Source of the DNA: an uncultured Planctomycetota bacterium | Lineage (GTDB): Bacteria > Planctomycetota > Phycisphaerae > Tepidisphaerales > Tepidisphaeraceae | Assembly (NCBI GenBank): GCA_963841915.1 | Contig: CAWJEN010000001.1 | Location: 32,001-96,000 of the forward strand | Direction of reading: 5' to 3' | DNA length: 64,000 bases | Shown here: piece after piece, positions 1-11,870 of the stretch | How the letters are laid out: each line of letters starts with the position of its first letter | How positions within the stretch are numbered: the stretch's first letter is position 1 | The notes under the pieces: model-generated | What the model was told of the DNA's origin: nothing | Seen by the model: only the letters and a program-made list of their open reading frames with translations | Database searches by the model: none | Position numbers and translations under genes: made by a program

Positions 1-705
1 CGATTGGACAAGATGCCTGTGATGATTCCGCCAGATCGTGATGTACCGGAGGCCATTCTGCGCGAGCGGCACGATAATTACTTCGCCGACTTCGACACGC
101 TCTCGCCCCAGGATCTGCTCGCGATCCAACGCGGCTACTTCGCGTCAATCGCCCTTATCGATGAGCAAGTCGGCCGCGTCCTCGACCACCTCGACGCGCT
201 TGACCTAGCGGACAGCACGCTCGTCGTCTTCACAAGCGACCACGGCGACATGCTCGGCGATCACGGCCTGCTCGTCAAAGGCGCAGTGCCTTATGAGGCG
301 AACATCCACGTCCCGCTCCTCGTCCGCTGGCCCGGCCACGTCGACAGCGGCACCGTGAGTGACGACGTCGTACAGCTCAACGACCTCGCGGCGATATCGC
401 TGCAAGCAGCCGGCGGCGACATCTCTCTCATGCCCGACGCGATAGACTCACTACGTAGTCGGCGTGAAGTGGCCACCTGCGTTTACCACAACAGCGGCCT
501 CGCGAAAGGCCATGTGCCGTTCGACCCGCCGATCCAGATGGCCGTTGCAACCGACGGCCGTTGGAAGCTCTGCCGTTACGGAGACGGGCAAGAACTTCTG
601 TTCGATCTGGCGACAGACCCGACCGAGGGAACGACACGCGATCCGGCAACCTGCTCTACTTATACGAAGCTCGCGGCGAGCATCGCGCCGCTCATACAGA
701 GCTAG
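1..705 (+). CDS. Sulfatase family protein, C-terminal part (5' end outside window)
   Basis: Sulfatase core motifs YFASIALIDEQVGRVL, VVFTSDHGDMLGDHG, PYEANIHVPLLVRWP and C-terminal ELLFDLATDPTE. Confidence 0.88.
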   Translation, partial: RLDKMPVMIPPDRDVPEAILRERHDNYFADFDTLSPQDLLAIQRGYFASIALIDEQVGRVLDHLDALDLADSTLVVFTSDHGDMLGDHGLLVKGAVPYEANIHVPLLVRWPGHVDSGTVSDDVVQLNDLAAISLQAAGGDISLMPDAIDSLRSRREVATCVYHNSGLAKGHVPFDPPIQMAVATDGRWKLCRYGDGQELLFDLATDPTEGTTRDPATCSTYTKLAASIAPLIQS

Positions 706-749
706 CCGTTCGTCAGTACCAGAACCCATTCGTCCTCCTTCTAAGCCGG

Positions 750-1295
750 ACGCGTGCGAATCGGGTCGTTGGTGCAGAAGCGCATGCTACCGCGACGAGA
801 TGGCGCGATGTCATGTCGGGCAACCATGGTCCCGGTCGCTTTAGCAGGCCGCTGCAGAAGGCTCGCGGGATCGGCTTCTCGGCGATGCTTCGACGTTCAT
901 GCGTGGACGCAATGGCGCGGGTCAGTCAAGCCGCCGGAACCGCCGAGGCCACCGCGGCGTTGAAGCTGATCGACGAACCTCCTCGCCGTGGTGTGAAGGT
1001 GGTCCTTCCCGGCCTCTGCAAGGGGTACGACAGCGGGGCATTCATGATCAAGCTGGAGCAGCATGGCGTGACGCCACACATCGCGATAGATTTCAAGGTC
1101 TTAGATAGGCTAAGCGTCGGCGGGCACGGCCGATGCAGCAAGGCCAACCGCCTCAAGATTGGGGCCCGCCACCGGATGCATCAACGGCTACGTGACGCGG
1201 CGTTCATAGCCGGCCAGCGTGCCCGCAAGAAGATCGAGAAAGGCTTCGGCTGGCATGAAGTGTCAGCTCGGTTTCCGTGGTGGAAGGTGGACTGA
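750..1295 (+). mobile_element. IS5-family transposase remnant
   Basis: GTAEATAALKLID, KGYDSGAF..LEQHGVTPHIA and QRARKKIEKGFGW resemble IS5-family DDE segments (DKGYD, RKRIEExFGW). The catalytic Asp is lost and the N-terminus is missing. Boundaries are approximate. Confidence 0.7.
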
Positions 1296-1619
1296 GCACT
1301 CTTGGAAGCCGCGTCATGCAACGGGATGACGGCGGGTACGTCCTGAGTCTCCTCTATGATGTGGCTGCTCGCCGAGCCGCAGTGGGTCAAGCTACGACTC
1401 TTGCATTTTACGCCAGCGATTCGGTCGTGCCGATTGCAGTCCCGCAAATTCGTGTCCGGCTTTCAGATGTCGATGACGCACGATAGGTGATGGGGCCGGA
1501 TCGGAAACCAACGCAGTGACGAGTTCTCAATGCTGCAGAACGACGCAGTAGAGGGAGGTCGTAACGTTTTTCTGGAACAGCGTCGAATGCGATCTGTAGA
1601 CCGTATCGAAAGAACTCGT

Positions 1620-2014
1620 GACCCTCTCCTGCCGATCGGTTGCAACTCTGACTTCGTCATTGCCGATGGCGGTAACATGTCGGTCAAGACCGGGACCGGC
1701 TCGTCGTCCACATGCACCCGCCCCTGCTAAACGGCATCACGTACTGCGTCGGTGGCGAGGCCATCTTCAAGGAGCACTTCGGCGACCATGTGCCCTGGAT
1801 GCCGTACGTCGATCCCGTCATTGCGGTGCAGCCCAGCCCGCTGCTCGACGCCCTGACGACAGGTCCGTTGACGCCAAACCACATCGTCTTCTACCGCAGC
1901 GTGCCAACTGCGGATGCGTCGGGCGAGATCCGCGTGATGGATCAGTTTCAGCTGTTGTTTTTCGAGCAGTGGGAGGTCGCGTCGTACCGCCGTAAGGTGA
2001 ACACTAATCGCTAA
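1620..2014 (+). pseudogene. Class II aldolase (rhamnulose/fuculose-1-phosphate aldolase-like, RhaAD N-terminal type) remnant
   Basis: IGCNSDFVIADGGNMSVKT is in one frame and HMHPPLLNGIT..GEAIFKEHFGDHVPWMPYVDP..LTPNHIVF in another. Frameshifted, with internal deletions. Lies directly upstream of the isomerase. Confidence 0.65.
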
Positions 2015-2031
2015 ACCCACTGGAGCATTAC

Positions 2032-3717
2032 TTGCCGAACTACATCAAGCCGACCGTCACCACCCCCTCGCGAGTTGCCTACAAGACGGCGTTGCTCATT
2101 GCCAATGGCGACCTGCGTTCGAGCGCCAACGTCACGTGCTGGCCGGCACAACAAGAGCTTGAAGCCGATGCCATTGAAGCCTTCCAGTCGCTGGGCTGGA
2201 AGCTGCAGCGTGTTCATGGCGAGGCAGATTCACCCGACGGCAAGCACGGCTTCATCGATAGCCAGAAGCGGGGTAACGATGTTTTCGCCGACGTCGATCC
2301 CGATGCGCCGCTCGTCGTCGCCGAGGCTGTTTGGCAGTACAGCCACCACGTTTTGCCGGGCCTGCTGAAGCACCGTGGGCCAATCCTGCTGCTGGCGAAC
2401 TGGTCGGGCCAGTGGCCGGGACTCGTCGGCGCCCTCAACCTCCGAGGGAGCTTGACAAAGGCGGGTCGCGACTACTCGCTGCTTTGGGCTAAGTCGTTCG
2501 AGGAAGCGAGCTTCCGCACCAAGCTCAAGACGTGGCTTGATGCCGGCAGCGTCAGCCATGACGAGTCGCACGTCTCGCCGCTGAGCCAACTTCCGAAGGC
2601 GGAGCAGGAGCTGGGCCAAGCTATCGCCAAGGACCTTCAGGCCAAGCCAGCCATCATGGGCGTCTTCGACGAGGGCTGCATGGGCATGTTCAACGCGATC
2701 ATACCTGACCACCTGCTCAATACGACGGGCGTCTTCAAGGAGCGGCTCAGTCAGAGCGCACTCTACGCTGACATGAAGGAAGTCAGTGATGCCGACGCAA
2801 GAGAGGTCTTTGACTGGTACAAGTCCAGCGGCATCCAGTTCCAGTTCGGCACCGATGAGGCGACCGAGCTGACCGAAAACCAGGTCCTCCAGCAGTGCAA
2901 GATGTACATCGCAGCCTGCCGCATCAGCGACACCTTCGGCTGCGACACCATCGGCATCCAGTACCAGCAGGGTCTCAAGGACCTCGCTCCCGCCAGCGAC
3001 CTCGTCGAAGGCACCCTCAACTGCACCGAGCGCCCGCCTGTCAGGAACAAGAACGGCCAGGTCATCGCCGAGGGTCAGCCGATCCCGCACTTCAATGAAG
3101 TCGATGAGTGTGCCGGCCTCGACGGACTGCTGACGCACCGCGTCTGGACCGCCATGGGCATGCAGAGTGACAACACGCTCCACGACCTGAGATGGGGCGA
3201 TTTCGACCAAAGCGGCACTACCGACGAGTACGTCTGGGTCTTCGAGATCAGCGGTAGCGTCCCGCCGAGCCACTTCGCCGATGGCTGGAAGGGCGCCAGC
3301 AGCGAGCGTCAGCCGCCGATGTACTTCAAGCTCGGCGGCGGGACGATCAAGGGCATCTCCAAGGCCGGCGAGTGCGTCTGGTCACGCATCTATGTGGCGG
3401 GCGACGCATTGCACATGGACATCGGTCGGAGCAAGGCGATCGATCTGCCGCTGAAAGAGACGCAGCGTCGCTGGGACAGCACCACGCCGCAGTGGCCGAT
3501 CATGCACGGTGTCACCTACGGCGTCACGCGCGACCAGATGATGGCCAAGCACCAGGCGAACCACATCCAGCTCGTCTACGCCACCAATGCTGACGCCGCC
3601 GACCGGGCCTTGGCTGCCAAGGCCGCGGTGGCGAAGGCACTGGGTATTCACGTCAATCTTTGCGGCACCAGCAAGGAGGGTACGCCGCTGGCGGAACATT
3701 TGGCGAATCTGCGATAG
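2032..3717 (+). CDS. L-fucose/L-arabinose isomerase-family protein
   Basis: 561 aa. [37 protein letters not shown] and terminal ANHIQLVY. The TTG start follows GGAG and is supported by the matching N-terminus of the paralogous pseudogene at 16386. Confidence 0.8.
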   Translation: MPNYIKPTVTTPSRVAYKTALLIANGDLRSSANVTCWPAQQELEADAIEAFQSLGWKLQRVHGEADSPDGKHGFIDSQKRGNDVFADVDPDAPLVVAEAVWQYSHHVLPGLLKHRGPILLLANWSGQWPGLVGALNLRGSLTKAGRDYSLLWAKSFEEASFRTKLKTWLDAGSVSHDESHVSPLSQLPKAEQELGQAIAKDLQAKPAIMGVFDEGCMGMFNAIIPDHLLNTTGVFKERLSQSALYADMKEVSDADAREVFDWYKSSGIQFQFGTDEATELTENQVLQQCKMYIAACRISDTFGCDTIGIQYQQGLKDLAPASDLVEGTLNCTERPPVRNKNGQVIAEGQPIPHFNEVDECAGLDGLLTHRVWTAMGMQSDNTLHDLRWGDFDQSGTTDEYVWVFEISGSVPPSHFADGWKGASSERQPPMYFKLGGGTIKGISKAGECVWSRIYVAGDALHMDIGRSKAIDLPLKETQRRWDSTTPQWPIMHGVTYGVTRDQMMAKHQANHIQLVYATNADAADRALAAKAAVAKALGIHVNLCGTSKEGTPLAEHLANLR

Positions 3718-3719
3718 GG

Positions 3720-4165
3720 GACTTCGCCTTTATCAACGGCTTCGCGCTTGCCCTTGCATCAAGCCGAGACCCCGGCACCGCAAGGGCGACCTCAAGGCTC
3801 AGAAGCAGTGGGTCCAAATGCCGCATCTTGTTCGTGGGTCATGTTTCGGCTCCCGCGTGCTCCGGGGCAGGTCTGTTTCAGGACGAGCTGCGGGCGGACC
3901 AGCAGGGGACACTGACGAATATCCGGTGCGAGCGGGGTCGCGGCCGACGGCGGTAAAGCAGACCAAGTGCGGAGGGTGCCACCTCTTCGCGGCGACGTGC
4001 CCAGGGACCCAAATCACCAGCACCTTGCTCGCGCCGACGGTCAACACGCACGACATGAGCCGCCACCTGACGTTCATCGCCGAGGAGGCGCGCGAAAAGG
4101 CGGGGCAAGACGTGCACGTGGTGCTGGTGCTCGACGTGGCGGGTTTGCTAAACATATCCGGATGA
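3720..4165 (+). mobile_element. IS630-family transposase remnant
   Basis: KPRPRHRKGD, LFQDE.RA.QQGTLT, LFAATCPGT..LLAPTVNT..MSRHL and HVVLVLDVAG are spread over two frames. Truncated. Confidence 0.8.
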
Positions 4166-4215
4166 TCGCCCCGAAATTTAACGAATCGTACTAATGCCCG
4201 TGCTGTTTTGCAGCA

Positions 4216-4569
4216 GTGACGCCGAATGATCTGCCCATGGTCATCACCCTCTACGTTCCTACGGAGACAGTGCGGCACATCAGCTCAGGTCGCAATCGAG
4301 TTGCCGCCGTCGTTCGGGAGTCGGTCCTCGTCGGGCTTTACCGCGAGGGCACTAGTTCAGACAGTGAGTTTCGACGCGCGCTGAAAATTGACAGGTTCGA
4401 GCTCGACGAGATCCTGCCCGCGCACGGCGTGATGCTCGAGATGACCGCGGACGAGGTTCTTTCGGCAGCCGCTCGCCCCTCGGCGGCCCGCTCTACCGGG
4501 CCTGTGAAGCAGTTCGCACCAGATCACATGCAAAGTGCTCGTCCTCCGCTCAAGGGTAAGAGAAGTTAA
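4216..4569 (+). CDS. UPF0175-family putative antitoxin (possibly degenerate)
   Basis: VRESVLVGLYREG..S..EFRRALKIDRFELDEIL..HGV pattern. Directly upstream of a DUF3368-like PIN gene. Confidence 0.6.
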   Translation: MTPNDLPMVITLYVPTETVRHISSGRNRVAAVVRESVLVGLYREGTSSDSEFRRALKIDRFELDEILPAHGVMLEMTADEVLSAAARPSAARSTGPVKQFAPDHMQSARPPLKGKRS

Positions 4570-4571
4570 TC

Positions 4572-5055
4572 GTGGTTGTCGAAGCATTGCCGCTGCACTA
4601 CCTCGTGCTGATCCGTCACGATCGCTGGGTGCTTGAGCGTCTTTACGGGGAAGTTCTTGTACCGCGTCAGGTGCTGGACGAGCTGTCTGCACCGACAGCT
4701 CCGATGACTATTCGGACTCGGGTCGGCGGGCCGCCACCTTGGCTTCGCGTAGTCGAGCGGGACGATCCTTCACCAAGCCTCGGCCTCGACCTTGGCAAGA
4801 CGGCACCGACCTGTCTGGCCCGCGATAGGCACGCCGCGCTCGCTGATCGATGAGCGGGACGGGCGACGCGTCGCCGCCGATCAGTTCCGACTGAGCATCA
4901 TCGGGACGTTGCGCGTACTCGTCAACGCGTCATCGGACGGGTTGATCCGCCTCCCGGGTGCGTTCGCTCTTCTGCAGACGACGGACTGTTACGCTTGCAA
5001 GCCCCTCTACGAGCAGCTTCTCGTCGCCTGTCAATCGCGAGCAGACGAACGATAA
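4572..5055 (+). pseudogene. DUF3368-type PIN-domain toxin, frameshifted
   Basis: PLHYLVLI..LERLYGEVLVPRQVLDEL..LDLG, then in another frame LIDERDGRRVA..IIGTLRVL. Frameshift near 4840. Confidence 0.75.
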
Positions 5056-5516
5056 CTTACTGATCGAGGTGCATAGTTGGTATCAGCGGTATCGTGACTG
5101 GCGAAATTGGGTGACTTAAGGTGATTAGTAGGCATCACCCTTGATCTCCTGCCCGTAACCGCGCGGCACATCCACGCTAGGTGCGATCCTGTTGCCGCCA
5201 TCTTGTGGGAGCCAATACTCGAGGGGCTTTACCGCAAAATGGGCTCATCGGGGTCGCAGCGTTGTCCAGGCTCACCTGTGTCTCGATGTTGAGAAAGATG
5301 AGATTTTAGTAGCAAGAACACCTGCGGCGGAAGCGACGCGAAGGTCGTCAATACCTCGAGCGTCAGTTTCGGCAGCGACTTCTTCGGCCCGGGCACAAGC
5401 CCGCGGCTAAACCGACGACGCCGAGGACATGGCGCAGCTTAAGCTCCTGGTCGACATCGGCGGGGGCAGCGCGAGCACCTCGGCCCGCTACCGGCTGCCG
5501 GGGGGGGAGTGACGCT

Positions 5517-6430
5517 GTGCATGGCCTCGTTCACCTGCCGCCGCTCGCTGCGTTGCGCTTCGGCGACGCCGCCGCGATCTTCGTCTACTCCGCGCTCCCC
5601 GCCGCCTTCGCCGTCTGGTACGGGCGTCGCAACAGGGATTTCGAGGGCTACTTCCTCGGCGGACACGACATGCCCGGCTGGGCGGTCGGGCTGTCGCTCG
5701 TGGGCACGTCGATCAGCTCGATCTCGTTCCTCGTGCTACCCGCCGCCGCGTTCACGCTCGACTGGCGGCTGATCGTGCCCAACTACACGGTCGCGATCGC
5801 GCTGACCGTCGCCGTGATCGTCTTCGTGCCGCTGTTCCGGGCGCTGCCGTACACGACGGCATATGAGGTCGTCATCTAGACGGACGTCGTGCAGACCCTC
5901 GTGCTCTGGCTCGGCGCGATCGTCACGCTCGGCTTCGTCGCCGCCGAAATGCCCGACGGCTGGCTCGGCGGACTCGGGCGCGCGTGGGACGCGGGCAAGC
6001 TCAGCCACGGCGATTTCGACTAAGACGTGGGCCGCCGCCCATTATAATTGCTGCTGCTCGTCGGCATCTTCGACAACGTCGCCAACAACGCCAGCAACCA
6101 GACCGTCGTCCAACGCTTAATCGCCGCGAGCAGCACGCGCGAGGCCCGCAAGGCAGTCTGGATCGCGCTCGCGGCGAGTATGCCGACGTGGATCTTCTTC
6201 TACCTCGTCGAGACGAACCTGTGGGCGCTCTACACCGCGCTGCCCGACCCGTCCCTGGCGACGATGACGCTGGAGGAGGTCGTGCCGTACTTCATCTTGA
6301 ACTACCTACCCGTCGGCGTCACCGGCCTGATGATCGCAGCCGTCATGGCCGCGGCAATACGCTCGCTCGACTCGAGCATCAACGCCGTCTCCACCACCGC
6401 GACCACCGACGTCGTCCGCCGCGAGGTATC
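5517..6430 (+). pseudogene. Sodium:solute symporter pseudogene
   Basis: YFLGGHDMPGWAVGLSLVGTSISSISFL, NQTVVQRL and SLDSSINAVST match the intact symporter at 13692. In-frame TAG at 5877, internal deletions and a truncated 3' end. Confidence 0.88.
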
Positions 6431-7416
6431 GCGTCTCCGGGCGCGGCGTGGTAGTGGCAGAGCTTCCAACGGCCGTCGGTCGCGACAGTGAGGTGAATCG
6501 GCGGGTCTCGCACGAAATGCCCGGACGCGAGTCCGCTATTGCGGTGGGCATTGATCGCGACGTCTCGTCCGCCCACCTCGCCTCGAATCGCGGGCGTCGG
6601 GTCAATCGCGTCCGGCAGATCCGCCTCGACCCCCGCCGCGGCGAGCAGCATCGCGGTGATGTCATTGAGCTGGACCGGACCCGCGAGTTGACGTCCTGCG
6701 GCCAGCCTGCCGGTCAAGCGGCGCTCGTCGAGCAGCTTGAGGATGAGGCCGACCGTGTCATCGACGTAGGCGACCTTGTCGAGGTAGCCGACCCGCATCC
6801 GCTGCACCTCCTCGGTCGAGAGAACATCAAAGCTGGCGAAGTCGTCGTCATCGCCGTGTCGGCAGATACCCTCTGGCCAAGTCTCGCGCTGCGCCGGCAA
6901 GAGCGGCGGCAGAGCACCAGCATCGACGCGGGCGTCGTACTCCGGCGGGTGATCGTCATACGGGTTGTGCGGGTCGAACAAGCTCACCATCAAGAGGAAC
7001 GGCCGCCGATCTTGATCGTCAAGAAACGGCGCCGCCGTACAAGAGGTCGTACACGTCGAAGCCGTCGTTCGGGTGCCGCTCGCGGGACTCGATGCCGCCG
7101 GACTGCGCGTGTAGCTTGCCGACAAGTCCGGTGCGGTAGCCGGCCTCTTGCAGCCACCGGGGGAACATGACGTGCTTCGCGTCGAGCGTCGACGACCGGT
7201 GCGTCACCCCGTATTGCGGGAGGTCGTGGCCCGTTATGATCGACGCGCGGCTCGGCGTGCAGATCGGGTTGTTGCAGATTTGTGGTCGAGCACCACGCCG
7301 CTAGCCGCCAGCGGGTCGAGGTTCGGCGTCGCGATGGCCGAGTTCCCGTAGCAGCCGAGCGAATCCGCGCGTTGATGGTCCGTCATCAACAGCAGGATGT
7401 TTGGCGGGCGGCTCAA
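6430..7416 (-). pseudogene. Sulfatase pseudogene (paralogue of 1-705)
   Basis: PPNILLLMTDHQRADSLG, CTPSR motif, GYRTGLVGKLH and PFLLMVSLFDPHNPYD. PPIHLTVATDGRWKLCHY compares with PPIQMAVATDGRWKLCRY in 1-705. Several frameshifts and deletions. Confidence 0.85.
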
Positions 7417-7453
7417 GTTTGCTCCTCGCAAACACTGACGTCGGTGCATCGGT

Positions 7454-7849
7454 TTATCGCACCTCCAGGGAGGGAACGTTGCTGATCGGCGAGATGCTGT
7501 GTCGCGCCGAGGCCGCTGCCGTCGTGCATCGAGTAGAGCAGCTTGTGACGGCCGTCGTGGTACATGTGTCGGCTGCCGAGCAGGTCGCAGCGGTCACGGT
7601 CGAGCCGCCAGTTTGCCACGTATTCCGCCTGCCCGTAATTGTTGGTGCGTCGGCCCTTGATGAGCGTCGTCCGCGCCGGGATGCACACGGGGCAGTCGCT
7701 CTACGCCCGTCGAAGCGCACGCCCTCCCGAGCCAGCTGGTCGAGGTGCGGCGTGCGGACGAGCCCGTGGTCCCCGCAGCCCATCGCGTCAGCACGGTGCT
7801 GGTCACTCGTGATAAGGAGGAGGCTGGGCCGCTTCGGCATGCCCATCAT
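7454..7849 (-). pseudogene. Sulfatase remnant (most of the gene deleted)
   Basis: PSLLLITSDQHRADAMG..VRTPHLDQLAREGVRF, then frameshifted CIPAR motif joined to C-terminal-like HDGRHKLLYS. Confidence 0.8.
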
Positions 7850-10405
7850 TCCCAGCTCAGCTCATCGCGCATCAGCCCGTAGAGGAAGCCCGGCCCGTCG
7901 CGCTTAATCTGGTCAAGCTCGCCGTCGCCATCGAGATTGGCGGGCTCAACGTTGCACGAGTGTGTCTCGCTGCGGATGATCTCGCCGTCCTTCCAAAGGA
8001 TGCGCCGGGGCCGCTCGAAGACGGGGCGAGTGTCCGTCTCCACGTTCCGACACCAGAAGGCGGCCGACGTCTTCAGCGTGTCGCCGAGGAGCCGCTGGTT
8101 CTCATCCTGCTCGCGGACGACAACGGTGTTGGCCGCAGAGTTGTAGACGATGTCCCACGTGCCGTCGCTGTCCCAGTCGCGGGCGGCGATCTGCTTTCGG
8201 CCACTCATGCCGGCGCGGGCGGAGACGCCCATCGGCTCGCCATCCTCGAAGGCGAGCGGGCGAATCTCGCTGATCTCCGTCGACCCCAACGTCGTCGGCA
8301 CGCCGAGCGTTAGCACGCTGTCGGGCCCAATGTACAGGAGCACCGGCCGATCATCTACGGCAAGTCCGTAGTCACCGGGGAGGGCAATCATTCGGCTGCG
8401 CCACCCGACGGCGAGCTTGCGCCCCGTGGGTGAACACGCTCAAGGTGAGCGTCCTCGCGTCGTCGCCGGCGCGGTCGTGCAGGCACAGCGTCGCAGTGTT
8501 GTCGTTGCCGAGGATTTCGAGTTCGCCGTCGCCGTTCCAGTCGCCGACGGCGGGCACCGTGAGCATGTCCGCCGCGACGACGCCGCCGACCGTCTCCAGC
8601 CCGCCAAGCACTTCGAACTGCCCGATCGTGTCGCCGCTGATCGCGACGGGCCGGCCGTTGCTGCCGGTGTCGGTAAGGATTCTGGGCGTCCCGTCCCCGT
8701 TGAGGTCGTAGACGCCGCGGACGATCGTGAGCAGCAGGTTGGTCATCGGCTGGTCCGAACCGAGCAGCTCTGCCGCCGCGCCGACGACAAGTGCCCCGTC
8801 ATCCCTCACGCCCCTCACAGGCAGCGCGAGCGGCCGGGTGTAGCCGGCGAACAGAGCGACGTGCGCCCGCTTGCGTCCATCGACGCCGACCGCCTCGACG
8901 ACGACGGGCGACAGGCGGATGCTCCAGGTCCGCCACTACACGATGAAGCCGTCATCGCCGAAATAGCCCGGCTTTCGCTCCCCGAGCGTCAGTTGCCCTT
9001 GAGCGTTGCGGGAGCCAAGCATCCAGGTGAGCGAGTGGGTCAGCATTCCGCCGAGCCAGTTGCCGGCGATGTCGTAACCGCGCCAGCCCTCGCTGACGGG
9101 CAGGTCGGCGTGCGGCCCGACGTTGTCGCGGTCCTCCTGCGTCCAAGGCAGTTCGCCGTTCGGCCAGTAAAACTTCTTCTCGTCGCCCTTGATCATCTGG
9201 CCGAGCAACGCGTTGGGAATGTCATGTCAGTCGACGTCGCCGATGAACTTGACGGTGCCGCCGAACCACTCGAGATCCTTTCGCGTCGCCTCACCGTCGC
9301 TGGCGATCAGATCGCAGAGCGTCGCCAGCACCGTAATCGAACCGTCGCTGGACTGATCGCCGACGGCCTGAAGGTGGTCGAGTCGAACGATGTCGTAGCC
9401 GCCGTCGCTTCGTGCAACGGCCTGCAGATTCGCGTTCGGCAGCGGCGACTCGTGCGTCGGGGGCCACAAAGCGGGAGCCGCGGGTTCGGCTCCGGCTCGG
9501 CGGCCGCGCCCGTGCTGGCGGCCTGGTACAGAAACGTGTTGTCGGGCAACCACGGGTGCCGGCTCGACAGCAGCACGTCGGGCGGGCCGTCCACCGTGGG
9601 CAACAGCGAGACGTACGACCAATAGATCGGCAGCGCATTCGAGCCGTGGTCGGCGACGCGCAGATGGCGAAGCGGGCGATAGTTGTGCTCGAACGCCTGC
9701 GGCTCGGGCTCGTCCTCCGACAGCACCGCCTCGGCCGTCGTGCCGACTCCAAGGGTTGTGAACGTCACCTTCAGCGTCTCGTGGTTCCCGGTGCCGAAGT
9801 GGATTTCCGTTGCCGAGCCGCCGTAGTCCCGCTCGGCCGTCATATTCGGCTTGAGGAGGACGGCCGGCACCGCGTCGGAGGAAAAGCCCCAGCCCTCGAG
9901 ACAATTGACGCCGTCGGCGGCGGTGACGAGCCGCGCGATGACGGTGTAGTCGTTGTTGACGCCGAGCGACGGCCCGAACAGAACGTGCTCGACAAGGCCG
10001 AATTCGAACTGGTCCTCCGAGTTGATGCCAAGGTGCATCGGGCGTTTCTTCACCTCCGCGTCGTTGTTGTAGAGCTCAGGGAGGCGTAGTCGGAAGTGCC
10101 GCCGACGCCTTCACGGGCAACCGTGTAGCGGACGAACCACTACCTGTCGGTGGCGAAGTCGATGGGCCGCAGAAGCGGGCGTCGCGCCCAGCCGGCGCCG
10201 ACGAGGGCCGCCTTCTCCTGATCGATCGTCATCCCCTTGCTCGACTTCCAAGCCCCGCCCATCCCGCGTCGGCGTCGGCAAGCTCGCGCGCGAAGTTCGA
10301 CACGGCGGTCACCTCCGCGAACGCCGCGTGGGGCGACGTGGTCACAGCGACGAGGCCAGCCGCGGCCGTGAGTGCAACAAAGTCAGGGCAACGCTTGTGC
10401 TTCAT
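7846..10405 (-). pseudogene. Secreted FG-GAP/VCBS-repeat protein pseudogene
   Basis: Signal-like start MKHKRCPDFVALTAAAGLVA. DxDGDG repeats (DLNGDG, DWNGDGELE, DWDSDGTWD, NLDGDGELD) are scattered over multiple frames. Confidence 0.7.
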
Positions 10406-10509
10406 CAAAGCTCCCCCTGGCGAGAGCCGTCACATCCCCAGTCGACGGGAGAACGAATTGCCTGGAATACCAGACGTTGTGCGGCCGTATAACTATTTGT
10501 CGCTATCCC

Positions 10510-11838
10510 TTATCCATCCGGAGTCGCCGCGTCCTGCGACACCGCCCAACCGTTCGGCGGCAGCGGGACCGGCCCTTTCAGCAGCGGGTCGTCCGTCTCC
10601 CGCATAAACCGATCCAAATGTCGACGCATTCCATTGAGGGCGTCGGCATAGTCGACGCTGCCGACGAGGTTGTTCGCCTCAGATGGATCGTACAGCAAGT
10701 CGTACAACGCCTCGCGAGGCAGTTGCCGAGTCGCGTAGTCGTGGCGGAGGTACATCGACTTGCTCGGCGACTCGTCGATGTTCGGCAGAATCGGCGACAC
10801 GTAATCGTCGAACCGGCGAATGTACTTCCATCGCGCCGTCCGTGCGGACCGCAACGGCTCGTAAGCCGCGTGGTAGTTCACCTCGCCGAACGTGACGTCG
10901 TGGAGTGCATCGACCTCGCCTCTGACAAGAGGCAAAAGTGACTTCCCGTCCAGATCTGCTGGGATGGCCGCACCGGCGAGTTCGCAGAGGGTCGGGTAGA
11001 GGTCGAGCTGCGTCACGGCGGCGTCGATCACGTTGCCGCCGCGAAACGCCCCGGCCGCTGGACCGCGGATGATGAGCATGACGCCCGTGCCGTGATCGAC
11101 CAGCTGGCACTTCATGCCCGGGAATGCGATCCCGTGATCGGTGGTCGCGATGACGAGCGTGTCGTCGGCGAGGCCTGCCCGGTCGATGGCCTCGAGCACC
11201 CGACCCATGCACAGATCGACGCTCTGCATGCTCGCCGCGTACTCAGCGAAGTCGCGACGCGTCGTCGGGGTGTCAGGAAGCGGCGACGGCGGGCGGACGT
11301 ATCGCGCGTCGAGCGATGGTCCGAGCGACGGGAAGCTCTGCTCCTCGCGATGGGCGACGGAGGCGCGATGTGGCGCGAAGTAGCCGACGCTTAGGAAGAA
11401 CGGTTGGTTGTGCGGCTCGTGTAGGAAGTCGATCGCCGCAGCCGTCGCGGGTTCGAAAGCCGCATCCTCGGTGAGAATGCGTCCGTAGCCGATCGACTTC
11501 ACGGTGGCGGCCGGCGGCTTGGCGATGTGCTGCATGCCGGCGAGAGCGCTGGTATAGCCGACGCCGTGAAGGGCGTGGATGATGTGGTGTCCGTAATCGT
11601 TGAGCGCATGGCCACGATGGGCGAGGCCCGTCATGCCGTTGCGGTGCGCGTGTCGTCCGGTCAGGAGACAGGCGCGGCTTGGTGAACACGTCGGCGATGT
11701 CGTGAACGCCTGTCGGAAAAGGACTCCCTGCTCGGCCAGGCGCTGCAGCGCGGGCGTCGGCACGGCATAGCCGTATGGCTGCACGTGTCGGCCAGCGTCG
11801 TGGCAATGGAGCAGGACGATGTTCGGTGACTTCGACAA
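10510..11838 (-). CDS. Sulfatase (N-sulfoglucosamine sulfohydrolase-like)
   Basis: 442 aa. PNIVLLHCHDAG, CSPSRACLLTG (Cys-type CxPxR), TTDHGIAFPGMK and EALYDLLYDPSEANNL. No signal peptide. Confidence 0.92.
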   Translation of the reverse strand: MSKSPNIVLLHCHDAGRHVQPYGYAVPTPALQRLAEQGVLFRQAFTTSPTCSPSRACLLTGRHAHRNGMTGLAHRGHALNDYGHHIIHALHGVGYTSALAGMQHIAKPPAATVKSIGYGRILTEDAAFEPATAAAIDFLHEPHNQPFFLSVGYFAPHRASVAHREEQSFPSLGPSLDARYVRPPSPLPDTPTTRRDFAEYAASMQSVDLCMGRVLEAIDRAGLADDTLVIATTDHGIAFPGMKCQLVDHGTGVMLIIRGPAAGAFRGGNVIDAAVTQLDLYPTLCELAGAAIPADLDGKSLLPLVRGEVDALHDVTFGEVNYHAAYEPLRSARTARWKYIRRFDDYVSPILPNIDESPSKSMYLRHDYATRQLPREALYDLLYDPSEANNLVGSVDYADALNGMRRHLDRFMRETDDPLLKGPVPLPPNGWAVSQDAATPDG

Positions 11839-11870
11839 AACAGGAGGGCAGGCGATATAGTATACCAGCC

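Noticed and set aside
5179..5200. GGTGCGATCCTGTTGCCGCCA resembling the tRNA-Leu 3' end (possible att site)
   Set aside because: The match needs several substitutions and gaps in about 22 nt, it lies on the wrong side for a typical 3'-end duplication, and there is no integrase.
5290..5510. Possible gene remnant upstream of the symporter pseudogene (also 1277-1486)
   Set aside because: The pieces are short and protein-like but match no family I can recognise, so they are not called.
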